Part shown: piece by piece, positions 52,201 to 64,000 of the stretch | How positions within the stretch are numbered: position 1 is the stretch's first letter | Layout of the letters: each line of letters opens with the position of its first letter | Assembly (NCBI GenBank): GCA_015680685.1 | Contig: MNCI01000909.1 | Location: 105,758 to 169,757 of the forward strand | Source: Gnetum montanum | Lineage: Eukaryota; Plantae; Gnetophyta | DNA length: 64,000 bases | Direction: 5' to 3' | Notes under the pieces: generated by a model | Database searches by the model: none | What the model was told of the DNA's origin: nothing | Seen by the model: only the letters and a program-made list of their open reading frames with translations | Translations under genes and position numbers: made by a program

Positions 52201-54370
52201 GGACCATCCACTTGGTTTTTGGGTTTCAATTGGAGGTCCAAAAACATCATGAGAACCTCACTATAATGTGCCATGTGCATTTTACACACTTTGTAGCTTA
52301 ATTGCAAAGGTTTGTGGAATTTTTGATGATGAGAAAGGATGGAAAATGGGGTGCCCAAGATCTATCTCAATTTGATAGGCATTGGATGAATTTTCTTGCT
52401 CCAACCACCAAGGGTAAAGATCCATTGAAAGCTATAGATGAAACATTGTATGTCACCACCAAAGACCTTGATGGAAAACATTGTAGATATCTTAATAGCA
52501 CTTGGGTTAAGCCTATTACCATAGCAGCTAGCATCAAGAAGGCTTAGAGATTATCTGCAAAGGTTGAGGATACAACTATGGAGAAATTTAAGATGCCTTT
52601 AGTAGACTAGACAGTGCCACAAGTTGAGGAGCCTCTTATGAAAAATATGATCATAAGGCTAAGATGGATGTAGACTGACATCAAAGGTACATATCTTGTC
52701 AATTCATTACTTTATTGTTACTTTGCTCAAATGCTATTGTTGCCTTATGTCTTTTTATAATATACTAAGTTGCTCATGGTTGGTGCCTCTTACAAATAAG
52801 AACCAAGAGTGGGAGGTTATAGTAGTAGCAGCTACTATTGAAGAGGAGTGAAGGTGTCAAGAGGAGGAGGAGATGCAACATTGGGAGGAAGAGATATTGA
52901 AGCATTATGAGGATGATGTGTTGGAAGATCAAGACATGCCTACCTTTCTTTCTATGGATGCATTTGATGCCATGCTAGAAGTTTGAGAGTTGAATGAACT
53001 CCCATTTGTAATGCTCGATGAATTTTTAGGTACTTATAAGTTTTGGTTCTAAGTGGTATATATGTTATGTTTCATTGATTCCTGTTTAGTAATGGTCATT
53101 ATCATTGATTGTTTACTACATCTTGCTATAGCTCAAGAGCCTCTATATGTAACCATGGGTGAAAACCCTTGATAAATTGGAATTAATGTGGGGTGTAGCT
53201 AAATATATGGTTATCCAATTGCAAAAAATAGTTCTTGAGATTAGTAAAAATTTTAACTCATTTTGCCTTTAGTGCTTTTTAATATTTTTGATCTATTACT
53301 TGGTTTTTATGGTTATGTAATTTTTTCTGCTAATTGGTTTCATTTTGTTATATTTTGTTCCATGTTGGTTATAGTGCCTAACCTAGGATGGGATCTTAAC
53401 AAACTGGTTAAGGTTGATGCATTGCCTTCCTTACCTTTGAATATTTAGAATGTTCCATGTAAGTTGTATGAGGGTGCCACTATATGTGCACTCTCATGTG
53501 CTAAGTATTCGTGGGAATGTAGATATTCTAATGAGTTCCTATAAAAACAAGTCATAGCATTGAGGAATGAGAACAAAAAATTAAAAGAAAAGGTAACAGA
53601 CATCAAGGACTATAGAGACTTCATAGAGGCTTAGGTAATCAACAAAAAATCTTTACATACTAAGGAGATGCTCTATTCTTGCTACTAGAATGCACTTCAA
53701 AGCAAGATTCCCCTTACTAAAGAAATCATACAATAGAAGCTTTAGATTAATCTCATCAACTACAAGGTTGGTGAGTGAAAGGACTTCTATGCTTTGGTCC
53801 TTGAGTGGGGTCATAAACAAAAGGACCACAAGAGGATCTATAAGGCTAAGCGAGATGCTTACCTTAAGTGGCTACAAGAGGAGTCTATGGAGAGGTAGAA
53901 GCTAGAGTTTTTTATGATGGAAATTAATGTGTAGGATGTCTATAAGATATTCATGAATAATGTGGCTATAGCTACTTCTCCCACTTGTCAATTCAGCACT
54001 ACCTCAGGGGACTCAACCTCAGCCACATTTTTGCATGAGCATCCTACATGGACTAATGTTAATCAAACTAGTATCCTCATGGGTCTTGATCTTGGGGATG
54101 TTGACTTAGTAAGCATCTCTGAAGATGAACTCCTCCACTATCTAGAGGTTGGTCTTTAGACATTTCCCATAAAACATACAACTCTTGAACCATCTCCGAT
54201 TAGTTCATTTAATTTTAATTTCATTAATTTTAGTTTTGATGTTTATTGGTTGCTAATCAATTTTGGTGTTGTCATGTTATAGGCACTAGAAGACATCAAT
54301 GGCCCTAGTAGTAGAAAGAGAAATGATGATCCACCTCCTTTACTAGAGGTTTCATGGTTCCACGAGTTAC
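49260..54370 (+). pseudogene. Antisense multi-exon accessory gene of element C (homologue of 5480-10430)
   Basis: Acceptors at 50769, 51268, 51682, ~52800, ~53131, 53374 and 54282; donors at 49399, 51174, 52687 and 53030. ORF 51778-52023 aligns with ORF 7804-8052. ORFs at 52302, 53263 (3' end) and 53953 also have counterparts in A. Confidence 0.85.
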
Positions 54371-54729
54371 TTATTTCAGTTTTAGTTGATGTGATTTTTT
54401 ATGTTGATGATGTATTGTTGGTATTAGCCAAAATAGTTTAGTGCTCTACAATTTATTGTTTAGACATCTTTACCACATTATGTAGCCATGAGTATGTTGT
54501 TATGGACATTTTTATTTTTAATTTTTAAAATCTACATTTGAATGCTAGTTATAATGTTCTAGAGTTACCATTTTTTTGTGTTGCAATGCTACTTTATGAT
54601 CTATGTTCCAAGGCTACATAAGCTAAATCCAATAAATGGTCAAAATAGATAAGAAATAAAGTTGTAGGCATTAAAAAATGAGTTATAATAGTTGTTTTCT
54701 AATTTATAGCATGGCAAACCCTATGATGT

Positions 54730-54810
54730 TTGCTAGTTTAAGCCCTTGGTAGCCCATACCACTAATTTAAGGCTTTGGTAGGACATGATGGTAGTTTAAG
54801 GTCTTAGTGG
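54730..54810 (-). repeat. Short remnant of the TAAACT(G/A)GC array downstream of the protease of C
   Basis: Three units resembling gctagtttaagcccttgg, the reverse complement of the 4690-5260 unit. Confidence 0.6.
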
Positions 54811-55069
54811 ATCATAGAGAATGTAAAAGTAATAGTTTTTATGATGTTTGTTCATCAAGAAAAACTAAAAATTATTTAAAAGAAAATAGACATAAAATAA
54901 ATAAATTCTATGCCACTAGTAAATTTAAATTTAAACCCAATAGAAATGAAATGGTACCAATAAGTAAATTCTAATCTAGGCTATTAGGCTATGAATGTTA
55001 TAAAGTCACACGACTACAAATACATAGGGCATGAGAATGATTAGGAGCCTATATCACTTGTGCAAGTGT

Positions 55070-57240
55070 TTTCTAATCTTTGAGGGATTAGGGAAAGTGT
55101 ATGGTCTATTTTGCACAAGCTTATGCTCCATCATCCTTACTAATGATGTTGAGGTATAGTTGTCCCTATGGCACATTAATGGATTCAACATTGTTTGCTT
55201 CTCTTTCTTTTATCCTATCATTTTTCTTGATTTTGTGGCCAATGGTGGGAGTTTCTTCTTAAAACCCCACTTCAAATATTTGCACTACATCAACATTATT
55301 AATGGCTAAGGGGACTATTCTTTAACCATGGATAACAATTTTACCTCCCTCGTAAGGGAGGTGGATTTCTTGGTGAATAGGTGAAGACATAGCTTGTAAT
55401 TGGGCTAGCCAAGGTCTTCCTAGAATGAGGTTGAATCCTGATGCCTCTTCCACCACCAAGAAATCTACTATTATGGAGAATTGTTTCCCTAGCATAAAAT
55501 CTAAAGAAATGGAACCTTTGATAGCAACCTATGATTTGATAAAGGATTTAAGGGTTGTAGTCATGGTATGTTGCATTTGTTTAGTTAGGCCTAGTCCTTC
55601 AATGATGGTATAGGGTATGACATTAGTTTCCACCCTATCATCTACAAGTACCCTATGTACTTTATATTGGCCAATGTGTATTGCTATAAAAAGAGATGTA
55701 TTGGTTACTTTGTAATTTTTGGGATTTGTCTTGATTTCATTGACACAAAACACCAATGATGTTGACTTCAATTTCTTGGGTGAAGAGGGTACCATGACTA
55801 CATGAATGGACTCTAAATTAGTGGGAATTCCCTCATTGATAGGAATTGATATCAACATCTTAACTAATGCCATATAGTGGGTAGTAGAAGTCATGACCAA
55901 GTCATACAAGCTCAAAGTTATGTTCTTTTATTTGAGTAATTTTTTAACCTTTCCATTACATTAAGGATGTTTTTGTTATTGGTTGTTAATTTTTTATGTC
56001 TAACTTCCTCTATACATCCCAAAATGTGAACTTTATGTTTGGGTTGTTATTATGACCTAGCCTCTTGGTTCGTCTCTTCAAGTTTTGATTCTTTCCATGG
56101 TTTACTAGTTCAAGTAGCCTAGGTTGTGGAAGTCATGGGAATAGATGAAATGGGAGTTGGCTTCGATGGGCCCACTTCCTCTCCTTACTTGGTCTACTTA
56201 TTGGTCTTGTTCTTGGCTTTCTACATAGCCTTCTTCTATTGTTTGGTATGATATTTCTTGCTATCCCTAGTTGTTTGTAAGGAAGAATATGTTGCATGGG
56301 CCACCATGGGGGGTTGTTCCATTGTTGGGATAGGTTATGTTGTAGAGGGTTGAGGCACACTAATCATAAAGGGTTCTTTGGGGGATGCTAGTGATGGTAC
56401 CCTTATAACAAAGGGAGACTTTTGAGCAAAATGTAGAGGGCCCTTTTCATTGTGAGGAAGCACCCTGATCACAAACACTTCCCTGAAAGACCTTTGATTA
56501 TCATAGACATCAAACACCACTTTGGTATATTGGTTGTTGTTAGAATTTAGGGGGTCCTTGTATATGTGCATTAACTAATTTTGAGGCCTAATAGGATTGG
56601 ATGTGTCTAATACCAATTCATCCCTATCAATCATCCTTTGCAAGTCATCCTTAAGTGTGAGATAAAAATTAGTATTGTGACCTAGAAATTGATGTTAATC
56701 ATAAAATTTATTAATTTTAAAGTATTTTGGTAGTGGAGGATCATCTTTGGTTTCTTAAGTAGGGTCTTTTGCTATTTCACATAACCTATCATGCCTTTTA
56801 TGGACATTCTCAGTCATCTCTTTGTATTGGATCCTACCACTCTTCAATAGTTGGTCTAATAGTTTTGACGACTTGAAGAGTAATTTGGAATAGTTGGATT
56901 AGTCCTTTTGTGAAAATTTAGAGCTAGAGATAGTCAATGTAGTGGCCCTAGAAGTTGAGGGTTGATTATCATTATTGGTAGCAGGGGTCTTAAGTTGATT
57001 ATTCTTTGGCCCCTAGTTGGTTGGCTTAGTCAAATTGGTCAAAGTTGCTACAACCATATTATTTTTCCTACCCTTTTCCTTGTCCTTATGTAGATGTTAG
57101 TTTTTGTATGCCATGTAAGTAAGATCGTGGCTAACTTTGGTGGCATCCTCTATATTCTTAGTCAAGGAAAAGGCTTAACAAAGAGTCCATGGATTAAGAT
57201 AATATAATTTTTATTTCATAAAATCATTAACCATCCTTTT
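55070..57240 (-). pseudogene. gag: gag-protease remnant of element C
   Basis: ORF 55529-55915 HRVLVDDRVETNVIPY (protease), downstream LILGRPWLAQL, and ORF 56335-56571 IYKDPLNS matching A's MYKDPLNS. Confidence 0.85.
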
Positions 57241-57429
57241 AAAAATAGGTAAACAGTGAGTTTTAGATCTTGGTTTTGATACTTCACAAGGTAAGCAAGG
57301 GTAAGGATGTGCATACCATGAAAGTAGAGAAGACATCAAGTCAATCTCTTTAGAGAGGTAATTTTAATGCTTCAAAAAATGATAATGTTTTGGAATTAAA
57401 TTCATGTGCATTCATGGGTAATGTAAGTA

Positions 57430-57830
57430 GAGGAGATCATCCTACAAGAAAATTGTTATTTCAAACTAGTGCTAGATGTTTTCTTAATGAAGAATGGATT
57501 CATATTTTAATTGATGGGGGAGCCCAAGATAATGTTATTTCTTCTAGGATAGTTACTAGATGAGTTTTGGTAATAAATCATCATCCTAGATCCTACAAGA
57601 TGCATTGGTTACCTAAAGATCTCTCTCAAAAGAAAAGAGAACAATGTGTTTTAAAATTTTAAATTGGAAGTTATCATGATGTAAAATGTGATGTCCTACC
57701 AATTGATTATGTGGATGTTATTTCTTGAAGACCATGGAATTTTAATAATTATTCCTAATTTAATGGAGAAAGAAATATGTGTATTGTAGCTCAAATTGAT
57801 AGAATTCATAAGTTGATTTTTATGACAATT
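57430..57830 (+). pseudogene. Aspartic protease fragment of a CRM-like Ty3/gypsy element
   Basis: LFQT...ILIDGGAQDNVISS...HHPRSYKMHW...EQCVLKF*IGSYHD.KCDVLPIDYVDVI..RPW. Confidence 0.8.
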
Positions 57831-57869
57831 GAAAAAGTAAGGCAATAAAGCTCAATGCTTCCTTGATTT

Positions 57870-58960
57870 TGTAGATCGAGAACTTAGAAGGGGAGTTGAA
57901 TAAGTTTACAAATTGAAATTGCACCTATCACACACACACACACAAAAATTTACATAGTTCCCCAACTTGGGTATGTCCACATTCAAAGAGTAGACTCCAT
58001 GAACACCTTTGGACTTTGTTTTTCAAACAATGTGGTTTGAAAGGTATCATACCCTCTACAAGCTTTGAGCTCTACACTAGAGTGTTTTGTCACTATTAAG
58101 ACACTTAACCCTACAAGGTTTCAAAAAAATTCAAGGATCCCACAACCTTTACAAAATTAAACTTTTCTTCAAAGTGTTTTGGTGGTGCAAAACCATTCAA
58201 TCCTACAAGGTCCCAACAATCTCAATGTGGATGCCTTCTTTCAAGAAGCACATCAACCCCTATAGGCTACAAGAAAAAGAAAAAGACATAAGAAAATAAT
58301 GTAACTAAATTTACAAGTTCTTGTTGTTGAAGCTTAATAAAGCATATAATCAAGCAAATATTGTTACAATGGGAAACAAGAATACAATAGGATAGATAAG
58401 AAAATGATTGATCTGATGTGAATAGTACTTTCACAATTTCCAATATTTTGGTATCTTCTTATAGCCTCGGAGTTTTTGAAAGCTTCTCAAAATTCATGCA
58501 ATGGCTACCAAATAGCTAGTGTAGATGTCTTCTTAGAAGTTGGGATGTCTACTTGAAATGGGCCTAAATTTAGAAGAGATTTCTTACTAGAAAATGGGAC
58601 ATCTTTTGTGGGACATCTATGGAGAGATGTCTTCTCTAATATAAAGACATCTACTATTTCTAGGAGATGTCTCCTTAACTTTTGGGCTTTATCTTTGAAG
58701 GCTTTCTCCCATCAATTTGTCTTCTTCCTAGTGCTTGGAGCACCTTCATTTTGTTTATAGTGTTCTTTTTCATCCATGCTTTTTGATGCTCTCAACTTAT
58801 CCATGTGGTCTTCACTTTGTCATCTCATTGTAGATCTTATCTCCTTTAGTTCTTGTATCTCATTGTGGAGTTCTTGTTCATGTCCTACAAAAACATTATC
58901 CACAACAAACATTTTATGTTTTGCATTTTCATTATTTTTTTAACATATGAAAAGTTCAAA
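57870..58960 (-). repeat. 3' LTR of element F
   Basis: Adjacent to PPT ccaaaaagggggagatt; colinear with 63050-64000. Confidence 0.85.
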
Positions 58961-61949
58961 AATCTCCCCCTTTTTGGTGATGTTCAAAACTCAAGAAGAT
59001 GGGTTAGTAGATCTTGAAATCAATGGAGCTAACAGTGATGCATTCTTAATACAGTACACAACTCATTAGTCATTTAGACACTTGTAATTTTTGAATGAGG
59101 ACATTCTTGATCAAGAATATAGAAATAAGAGCATTAGTGCCATCATAATGTTAGAACTATAAATTTAGAAAGATGATCATTAATACCATCATAAGATCAG
59201 AGTTGTTCAAATATATCTATCAAGCATATCCATAAGGGAAATGTGTCCATCTAATGTGTTTATTCAGATATATATGTCATCAAATATGTCCATAAGGTCA
59301 TTATTGTTTAATAGAAATTTTTCTCATGATACGTGTTCAGATATATCCATAATATCATAATCATATTACAAGACACCACATTTATATCACAATCACATTT
59401 GATATCTAAGATAAGATCATGAAATTCTTCCCCTTTTTAGATAGAAACAAAAAGGGTTGGAAGAACTCCCCATAAATAAGTGCAAGAAAAAATAGAGACA
59501 TATATATAGCAAAATAAAATCTATCTTCATTAATGCACATGAACCTATCCCCAAAGATATATAATAAAAAGAAAAACATCATATAGTATGCATGACCAAT
59601 ATCACAAAAGCTCTCCCCCTTTTTGGAAAACACCCAAAAGGAGGGGATCATGAAAAGTACATATCCAAAGTTCCTCAAATAAATTCCATATAATAAACCT
59701 TCATAACATCATATGATACTCCCATAGAGATACAAACATTTAGCTAATGAAGAAAATTAGTTAAAAAGTACACATTTGTTCTCATTGATTTCATAGGGCT
59801 AATGATGATAAAATGATTTTTATTAAGAGCTATCCCTTATCTATTCACAAAGTTAAAATTAATGTGTCACAACTAACACCTAAGCCAAGCCTTTCAACTG
59901 ATGCCCAAGAGTATTTAAAATCAAAACCTAAAGTCCAAAGTTTGACCCTTAGAAATCAAGTAACCTGTCTCTAAAATAATAAGCCATTAGTTATATAAAC
60001 CAATAACCAATATCTCATATTTCTATAATCATCCAATATTCCCCCCATTGAAATATCAACAAAAAAGATAAGACATAGTAGTTCTATGACAAGGAAAGTA
60101 AATACATGTACATCCAACTTTTAAGACCTAGATCAAATATTCACAAGAAAGGTCAAAGAAACATAACTTATCATGTTAAATATCTCCAAATATCAAAAAC
60201 AACTAAACATATCCTTAATAAGATGTCCACAAAGAAATTTATATACTAGCATCAAGAAATACATCTCAAGATAAAAATATTCAAAAGATATCTTGACCAA
60301 AATTAACTCATACTTTTACCTTATATACTTTACCATATTCTAAAATGAATAGTTATCTTCTTGCTCCTTTTCAACTATAGATGCTACTGTGGAAAGTTTT
60401 GCTACTTGATTATCCTTTGGTAATAGTCTCAAAAGGCTCCCCCTACACTAATGGCCTATAAGATGATAAGTGTTAATGAGGTATAGGCTCCCCTTGCATA
60501 GATGCTTGTATTTCTTCCTAGTCTCTTTGGTCATAATGCATCTGTTGTAGAGAGACTGGTATTCTCTCCTTGAGTCTTTTATGATCTTCATGTTGCATAG
60601 ACATTTTAGGATCAAGTGTGAAGACTAAGGTCTCCCATTAGTGAATCCATCAACAATGAAGATGCAAATATTTTTAATGTTTATTACATGGAATGTCTTC
60701 CTACATAATTAACAAGAATTCCTTTTGAAAGGAAGGAATATGTGATTAGATATTGAGGATTTAAAAATCACAGTAGCAACTACAGTCTTCAATGTTTATA
60801 ATGCATCCATTGCTTGAACATACAGTCATGGGTTACTTTGCCTATCTACCTCTTAATATAGACATATGCTATAAAAATGAGATGCCTTAAATATAAATGA
60901 GGCATCTAACTATTAGATTAGATGCCTATCCTACCAGGGCCAAGAAAAGATGCTCATGTTGAGGTCTAGAACCTCCAAACAAGTCCCCATAGCCCCCAAA
61001 ACCTCCTAGACTTATCAAAATAAGTATAAAACAACCCCAAACATGGCTAAACATCTTGAAATTATAAAAAAAATTATCAACACAAGAAAACACACATAAA
61101 CATCACACATAAATTAAGAGTTACATAGGGCTAGGTGATGTCTACATAAATTTGGAGTTTCATCTCAAGATCAAGTTTGGAGACTTTTGAAAGAAATACC
61201 TTTCATTAGTACTAACTTATGATAAAGATAGCAAATGATCAAGAAATTCCTTTTGAAATGTTGCTTTTCTTAGAAGATACACGAATTACATTAAATGTGT
61301 TAATTCAAAAACTTCAATTACCATAAAAAAATTTTAAAAAACCATTACACTTTATGATTCCACAAGAAAGCAACAATGTCATATCATAACTTAATTAAGA
61401 GTATAGAACATATGACATATATGCTTAAACAACAATGAATGCTGAAAAAATTTTGGTTCATGAATTACAATCAAGTGCTTTAAACCACTTTAAACCAATA
61501 CATTATAGTTAAGAATCCAAAACATGATTTATCAATAAAAACTTTAAAAGTAGCATAATAGGTCATTATAACATATTATAGTTCAACAATCTATAAGATC
61601 AAGTGGAATTTTTTTGGATTTTCAAAAATTTCCAATAGCTTCCATTCAACCACAAAAATAAACTAACATAGTCTAATCTCATCAAGTCAAGAAATAATGA
61701 ATATAACTATAATTACCTTGCTTGCTAATGAAGATCAAGATGTCTAACAAGATTGGAATTGAGGCTCTTCTTTCGAAGTTTTTCATTTCATCCCAATTTC
61801 ATTTATTTCTAATGTCTTTCTCCCTTTCACAAAATTTTTGAGAGTTCTTTTACTTCCTTCTTTTTGATTAATTCTCCACACCTTTTTGTTCTTTTTGCTC
61901 TTTGATTTTTTATCCATTCCTTTTTTCCCTACAAGATTTCCTTTCTAGG

Positions 61950-63025
61950 TGCATTTGGATAAGACCAAGGAGTCTTATGACATGACCAAGTGTTCATGTG
62001 ATAATATTTTAAATTTCAATCCCATTACTTATTTCTATTACAATAATAACATATAACATTTCTATTGTGGTTAAAGTGATTAAAACTTGGAGTTGCTCTT
62101 GGTTGGAATGTAGTGCCTATTGACACTTCAATCTTTGGAGAAGCCTTTTATTGGGATGAAGTTTGTGTAGATGCTTCTACTTCTAAACAACATCCCAACC
62201 CACTTTTATTATATGAACTTCATCCTTTTCCTAGAACAATGTGGAGGGATTCTTTTCCTTTAACAAGTATTTCATTAACCAATTTGTTATCTACAAGTTT
62301 TGTTTCCATCTACTCACAAGACAAGGTTAGTTTTTGGTTCTTAGCCATTAGGTTTGAGTTTTCTTGTAAGAGGCATAAAAATTTTACATTAAGTAGAGAT
62401 AAATCTTGATATTTTTCTTTCATGGACTTTTTTAGCTTTATAAAAATATTTTGGAAGCATAATAGTACATTGCACGAAAGGTCATACCTTTCCTCACCTT
62501 TTCTCACTAGTTTCACTTACTTGGTCATCATCTTCGATGTGCAATTGGCATCATCCATGAGAGCCATGCAGATGAGATGTGAACCCTTTGTAGTGTTATC
62601 CACAAATTCCTCCCTTGTTCTCCATTTTCCCAACTAATGTAGATTTTTTTTACCTCCTTATCTTGTTGAGTTGCTTCCTCTTCGTCATCCCAACTTATAT
62701 AGATGTTACTTCTTGTTCTTTCTTCACTATACTCTTTCCCTTGTAACTTGTAAGCATTAGTGCACTTAGAGGTCATAGATCTCTTCTACCACATATATAG
62801 CATTCCATAGAAATGGTATCAGAATTTGAAAGTTTACATTGCTTACCTCTAATCTTACCTTTGCTACACAAAATGGTGCTAATAAGTTGAGTGCATTCAT
62901 CTAAGATGATTACCAAAACTATGAACCTCGCATACTTAAATAATTTTTGCATTCAAGTCTTCTATCATGTAAAGGTGAACTTATTGAGCATTGGTGACTT
63001 GATGTATTATCCTCCTTCCATCATT
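61950..63025 (-). pseudogene. gag: Internally deleted gag remnant of element F
   Basis: MEGG...PMLN...K..M N-terminus, zinc knuckle ECYICG...MTSKC, coiled region and KSGLG motif. Confidence 0.65.
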
Positions 63026-63049
63026 CACTTCTACATTTTTACACTCAAA

Positions 63050-64000
63050 TCTAGGAGTACCAAGCTTAGAAGGACGATTGAATAAGTTCACCAATTGAAA
63101 TTACACCTATCACACAAAACCCCAAATATTATGTGGTTTTACAACTTGGATACATTCATACATAGAGGATAGAATCCATGCATACCTCCAAACTTTGTTT
63201 CTCAAAAAATTTTGTTTGAAGGATACCACACCTTGTATAAGCTCTAAGCTTTGCATTGGAGTGTTTCATCACTATGAGCCACTCAACCACACAAGGTTCA
63301 ATCATTATGAAGCCACTCAACCCCACAAGGTCCCAACAAGGTCTAAATGTGATTTCATGGATCGCACAACCTTTACAAAAATTGAGCTTTGCTACATAGT
63401 GTTTTGATTCTGCAAAACCACTCAACTTCACAAGGTCCCAACAAGCTCTGAATGTGATTTCATGGATCACACAACCTTTACAAAAATTGAGCTCTACTAC
63501 ATAGTGTTTTGATGCTGCAAAACCACTCAACTTTGTAAGGTCCCAACAAGCTCAATGTGGATGCCTTCTTGTAGGAAGCACATCAACCCCACAAGGCTAC
63601 AAGAAAAAGAAAAAGACACAAGGAAAGAATGTAGCTAAATTTACAAGTCCTTGTCATTGAAGGTCAATACAATACATAACCAAAAAAATGATGTTACAAT
63701 GAGGAAAAAGAATATAATAGCATAGATAAGATAATAATTGATCTAATGTGAATAGTTCTTGCACAATTTCCAATATTTTGGTATCTTCTTATAGCCTCAG
63801 AGTTTCTGAAAACTCCTTGGAATTCATGCAATGATCATCAAACGACTATTATATGTCTTCTTTGAAGTTTGGATATCTACCTAAGATTGACCTCAATTCA
63901 AGAGAGACATCTCACTAGAAAATTGGACATCTTCTATGGAATGTCTCTGGGGTGGCATCTTCTCTAAGATAGAGGCATCTACTATTTCTAGGAGATGTCT
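63050..64000 (-). repeat. 5' LTR of element F (runs off the window), with internal ~115 bp tandem units at ~63200-63560
   Basis: Repeat of the 3' LTR; the ccactcaac..aaggtcccaacaag unit occurs three times. Confidence 0.85.

Larger units (their letters stand above)
39311..57240 (-). mobile_element. Element C: decayed Tat-family element with the same split architecture as A; 5' end missing
   Basis: On the minus strand: gag, PR, ~9.6 kb interval containing an antisense gene, RT-RH-aRH-INT, PPT and 3' LTR. Confidence 0.9.
57870..64000 (-). mobile_element. Element F: non-autonomous Sirevirus-like Ty1/copia (two LTRs, gag remnant, multiple PPTs, no recognisable pol)
   Basis: Direct repeats 57870-58960 and ~63050->64000. 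LTR-end motif agaaggggagttgaataag. PPTs of the AAAAAGGGGGAGA type at ~58963, 59426 and 59612. Confidence 0.8.

Noticed and set aside
63156-63530. Cys-containing repetitive 124 aa ORF
   Set aside because: Product of the LTR-internal tandem repeat.

Overview
This window is plant heterochromatin-type DNA, strongly depleted in CG/CHG and rich in TAG/CTA, built almost entirely of nested, decayed LTR retrotransposons. I see no intact host gene. Four or five copies of a Ty3/gypsy Tat-group family (RT-RH-aRH-INT order, Ogre/Retand-like) are present: A (+, 482-17590), D (-, 17591-~21350), B (+, ~21350-39310), C (-, ~39311-57240), plus an LTR end at 1-481. Also present are a complete chromovirus with TSD (E, -, 22133-32227), a CRM-type protease fragment (~57430-57830) and a pol-less Sirevirus-like copia element (-, 57870->64000). 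Main observation: in both A and C, gag-protease is separated from RT-RH-aRH-INT by ~6.5-10 kb. This interval looks like a giant version of the Ogre PR-RT intron and holds an antisense multi-exon gene. The two diverged copies share at least six intron positions. The predicted product begins with an FCP1/NIF-like (HAD, CTD-phosphatase-like) domain that apparently lacks the catalytic aspartates. In C the gene is preceded by an array of palindromic modules spaced ~190-195 bp apart, and B has a matching array. The unrelated chromovirus E also appears to carry an antisense intron-containing gene in its 5' leader. All domain calls are by-eye motif recognition on pseudogenised sequence and need HMM confirmation. 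Coordinates marked ~ are approximate.
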